The position numbers and the translations under genes are program-made. The notes under the pieces were generated by a model. The model worked only from the letters and a program-made list of their open reading frames with translations, ran no database searches and was not told the origin of the DNA. Positions 60,583-64,000 of a stretch of 64,000 bases of DNA are shown in pieces. The stretch comes from Octopus bimaculoides (Eukaryota), in contig NC_068997.1 in NCBI RefSeq assembly GCF_001194135.2, forward strand, positions 49,184,123-49,248,122, given 5' to 3'. Numbering within the stretch: position 1 is the first letter of the stretch; the number at the start of each line of letters is the position of its first letter.

Positions 60583-60881
60583 TGAAGGTGTGTGGCTTAG
60601 TGGTTAGGGTATTCAGTTTACAATCGTAAGGGTGTGAGTTCGATTCCCAGCAATGCAATGTGTCCTAGAGCAACACGCTTTATTTCACGTCCAATCAGTT
60701 GGCAAATCTGAGTTGTACCTGTATACCAAAGGGCTAATCTTGTTACATTCTGTGTCATGCTGAATCTCCTTGCGAACTACGTATCTGTGGAGTGCTCAGC
60801 CACTTGCACGTTAATTTCAAGAGCAAGCTATTCCGTTGATCGGATCAACTGGAACCCTTCCCGTTGTAACTGACGGAGTGT
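60583..60881 (+). mobile_element. SINE type C, near full length
   Basis: TGAAGGTGTGTGGCTTAGTGGTTAGGG...GAGTTCGATTCCC...TTTATTTCACG...GGATCAACTGGAACCC...GACGGAGTG. Confidence 0.88.
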
Positions 60882-61367
60882 CAGTCAGACGGCTCTGGCT
60901 AATCCGATTCTAGTGACAGACATCACTTGTTTCTTTTATTACGATTATGCTTTGGAAGGAAGAGTTTTATAAAAATAGCGAAAGAGATAAATATGGTGGT
61001 TGTGGCAATAGTGAGTAGGAATGTAGATTTGATGTAATAACAGAGATGATTTAGTGAAAATGGGAAGAAATCAGAAGAGTTATAGAAATGATATGTAATA
61101 AATCGATGTTAATTATCTGTTTTGGTACAATGCTACCAATTGGTTAAGGTCATTGCTTTTTTTGATTTCACAGGGAAACGGACGATTTGCTTTAAGGCTT
61201 TAAATAGGAATATTCAGGTGTGAAGTCGTGGAACCAAGTAAAAACAGGTGGTCTGGGGATATGGATATGCTAGCTAGATATTTAATTAAAGCAAGGAGAA
61301 ATAGAACTTGATTTAGAAAAATAGGGGTTTGTTTGATAGCTCGATATAAATATGTGTGGTTTAATGG

Positions 61368-61975
61368 TTATCTTTTATCTGTTTCAACCAAAGGGTGGGG
61401 CCATACTGCAGCATCACCTCTCAGTGTGATTGGGTTTCTTTTCTGTACTGTTTTTGGTGACCAGTTGGACAGAGCTGCCCTTCTTTTTGCCTCCTGCCGC
61501 GATGTGGGTTTATTTCATATTTCTGATAAAAAAGTTTCCAGACGCTCTTTCAAGACCTCCGCATCTACGACTCGCAAATCTCTGAGGTTGTTTGGCAGAA
61601 TATTGAATAGGTGTGGACCCCTGAAATTCAAGCCGTTACAATACCGGGCCCTTATTCGAGATCGAAACGACAGGATCTTTGATACTATACAGTACCATCT
61701 AGTTCAGTGGTTGGTTTGGTATAGCTTTCAATTCCAAAGTTTGGAGTTAGTCCTTATCACTGCATATATTTGAAGCCTTCTCTCTAGTGATTAGAGCTTC
61801 AGTTTCTTTAGCTCCTTCAGCTCATCTGTTTCACCGGGTCAATCTGCTGTGTCTAGTGCGCTGGTTACCTCTAGTTCTGCTACTAATTTGACGCTCTGCG
61901 GTGACCACACTTGAGAATGGTAATCCAGACGAATGAGAACGAAATGTCTTTATAAGTGTAGCATGGTATCCTGTT
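61368..61975 (-). mobile_element. CR1/L2-group LINE 3' end (ORF2 C-terminus and short 3' tail)
   Basis: Minus translation across frameshifts: MLHL.KTF..IRLDY..QVWSP..VKLVAELE..QR; LKKLKL*SLERR; RYCNGLNFRGPHLFNILPNNLRDL...LKERLETFLSEI*NKPT; then tail ...TGCTGCAGTATGGCC...TGAAACAGATAAAAGATAA. Confidence 0.9.
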
Positions 61976-62019
61976 TTTAATTTTGAATGATTGTGTACAA
62001 GTCCAAAATTTTTATTGGT

Positions 62020-62320
62020 ATAGTTGAAGTGGTGACATTTTGTGATGAGTTCAGATTTAGTGTTCACGCTACACAATTGTGTTTTCTTTTTTCCATTTAA
62101 AATATTCATCTTTTCCTATTGACAATGGTTGCATATGTTTATGCCATTTATGTTAAACCTACTTCGCTCGAGGATCTTCTACGTGCTGTCAACATTGGTG
62201 ATATGTTCTTTTAAAGGCCATATGTAGTTCGAAAATGTCGTGGTGGTATCCTTTTTTACATTTCAAATAGATGAAGTAAAGCTGTGGCTGTTTGCTTGAA
62301 TTTGCCTTCTGCCATTTTTT
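62020..62320 (-). mobile_element. Penelope-like element GIY-YIG endonuclease C-terminal fragment
   Basis: MAEGKFKQ/...TSSI*NVKK..TTFSNYIWPLKE...*KILER......CNHCQ*EKMNIL......VNTKSELITKCHH matches the PLE pattern T.LS.YIW.LK...W.I....C.LC..EK..I....LN...EL...C.H. Confidence 0.8.
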
Positions 62321-62508
62321 ACTTTTTCACAATTCGTTGGATTTGAACATATGACTTGATGCATTCGCGTTTCTGGATGTGCAACATTTCTCATGTGATG
62401 TCGTTTTTTGCGTAATGACGCCCCTTTTTGTTAGGATTGCGCTGTAACTGTCATTTAAACATTATCCATTAAAGAGATCCCGGTAGTGGTGTGCGCGTGC
62501 GTGTAAGT

Positions 62509-62541
<33 letters not shown>

Positions 62542-62722
62542 TATCTGTGTGTGTGTGTGTTTGTGTGTGTGTGTTAATATGTGCACTGAGCATTTTACAC
62601 ACACTCAAGGATTGGACATGTTGTCAATAAACAGATAAACCGACTTATAGGCAAATACCTAGATCGATCGATAGACAGATAGGTCGGTTGATAAATAGGA
62701 AGAGAAATAGATCGCTAGATAA

Positions 62723-62869
<147 letters not shown>

Positions 62870-64000
62870 NNNNNNNNNNNNNNNNNNNNNNNNNNNNNNN
62901 NNNNNNNNNNNNNNNNNNNNNNNNNNNNNNNNNNNNNNNNNNNNNNNNNNNNNNNNNNNNNNNNNNNNNNNNNNNNNNNNNNNNNNNNNNNNNNNNNNNN
63001 NNNNNNNNNNNNNNNNNNNNNNNNNNNNNNNNNNNNNNNNNNNNNNNNNNNNNNNNNNNNNNNNNNNNNNNNNNNNNNNNNNNNNNNNNNNNNNNNNNNN
63101 NNNNNNNNNNNNNNNNNNNNNNNNNNNNNNNNNNNNNNNNNNNNNNNNNNNNNNNNNNNNNNNNTAGGTAAATACAAAATCACTTCATGACAATAAAGGA
63201 AAAAAATCATTGAAGCAGACGACATCTGGAGAACTAAATAAAAAAAGTTTTGTAAAATGAAGGAAAAAAAACCCCGCTGTTATTGAAAGCTAAGCAGCGT
63301 AGTGATTTTATAGGGTTACTCGAGATACTTTTTGTTCAACAGAACTGTAAATTCAACATCGAATATGTAAAAATCTCATGTCACTTTTACGAAGCTGCGG
63401 CTAATTGCTTTTTGAGTAAAAAAAAAAAGAAAAGTTGTATGAAAACGTAGAGGATAGTATGAACGGAAAAAAAGGAAGGAGAGAAAGAGAGTTTTAAGGA
63501 GAGATGGAACGTGAGCTGAATCGATAGACTGGGAGACAGTTTTGGATGAAAAGAGGTAGAACAGCAGAGAGAAGGAAAGAGAAGAAAGAAGAAAAAAAGA
63601 GTGAGAATATGAAAAGATGTGTGTGAAGTGGATGTGTGAGTGGTTGGGGGAGAAAGGAAGAGATGGAAATAGGAAGAAAGGGTCACGGTGTAAAAAGGAA
63701 GATAGATAAAAAGGGGGAAAAAACAGAGAACGTAGAAATAGAGAAATAAAGAGAAACCGAACAGCAGAAGTGAAACAGAAATAGAGTCAGAGTAAGCGGT
63801 GAGTGATGTAAAAATTACCACAGAGAGCGAGATAATAGGGGTTGTTGAAGAAGAAGAAGAAGAAGAAGAAGAAGAAGAAGAAGAAGAAGAAGAAGAAGAA
63901 GAAGAAGAAGAAGAAGAAGAAGACGGTGAAGGAAAAGAAGAAGAAGAAGAAGAAGAAGAAGAAGAAGAAGAAGAAGAAGAAGAAGACGGTAAAGGAAAAG

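Noticed and set aside
61333-61773. 146-aa plus-strand ORF
   Set aside because: It is the antisense shadow of the CR1-group LINE ORF2 on the minus strand.

Overview
AT-rich, microsatellite-saturated animal genomic DNA. About 10.6 kb (~16-17%) is N, in 28 gaps nearly all bordered by simple repeats. The repeat content points to an octopus (coleoid cephalopod) draft assembly; this is inference from recognised SINE/LINE types, not a search. No protein-coding gene could be named. Most supplied ORFs are translations of microsatellites or N runs. Supported content: (i) three recurring tRNA-derived SINE types (my labels A, B with tail variants B1/B2, and C) built from shared modules; (ii) decayed Tc1 and mariner transposons, a ~645-bp long-TIR MITE, and fragments of RTE, R4/Dong, R2/NeSL-like, Tx1/L1, CR1-group and Penelope-like retroelements; (iii) a tentative minus-strand spliced gene: a signal-peptide-like exon (13113-12897) in phase with a 294-nt exon ending in a strongly basic stretch (996-703), probably continuing left of the window. 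Most notable observations: two SINE/LINE 3'-tail matches visible inside the window (SINE A with a CR1-group LINE, SINE B2 with a Tx1 LINE), a hammerhead-ribozyme-shaped motif in a Penelope-like end, a back-to-back retroelement chimera, and microexon-like modules. All exon calls come from eyeballed splice signals and need transcript evidence.
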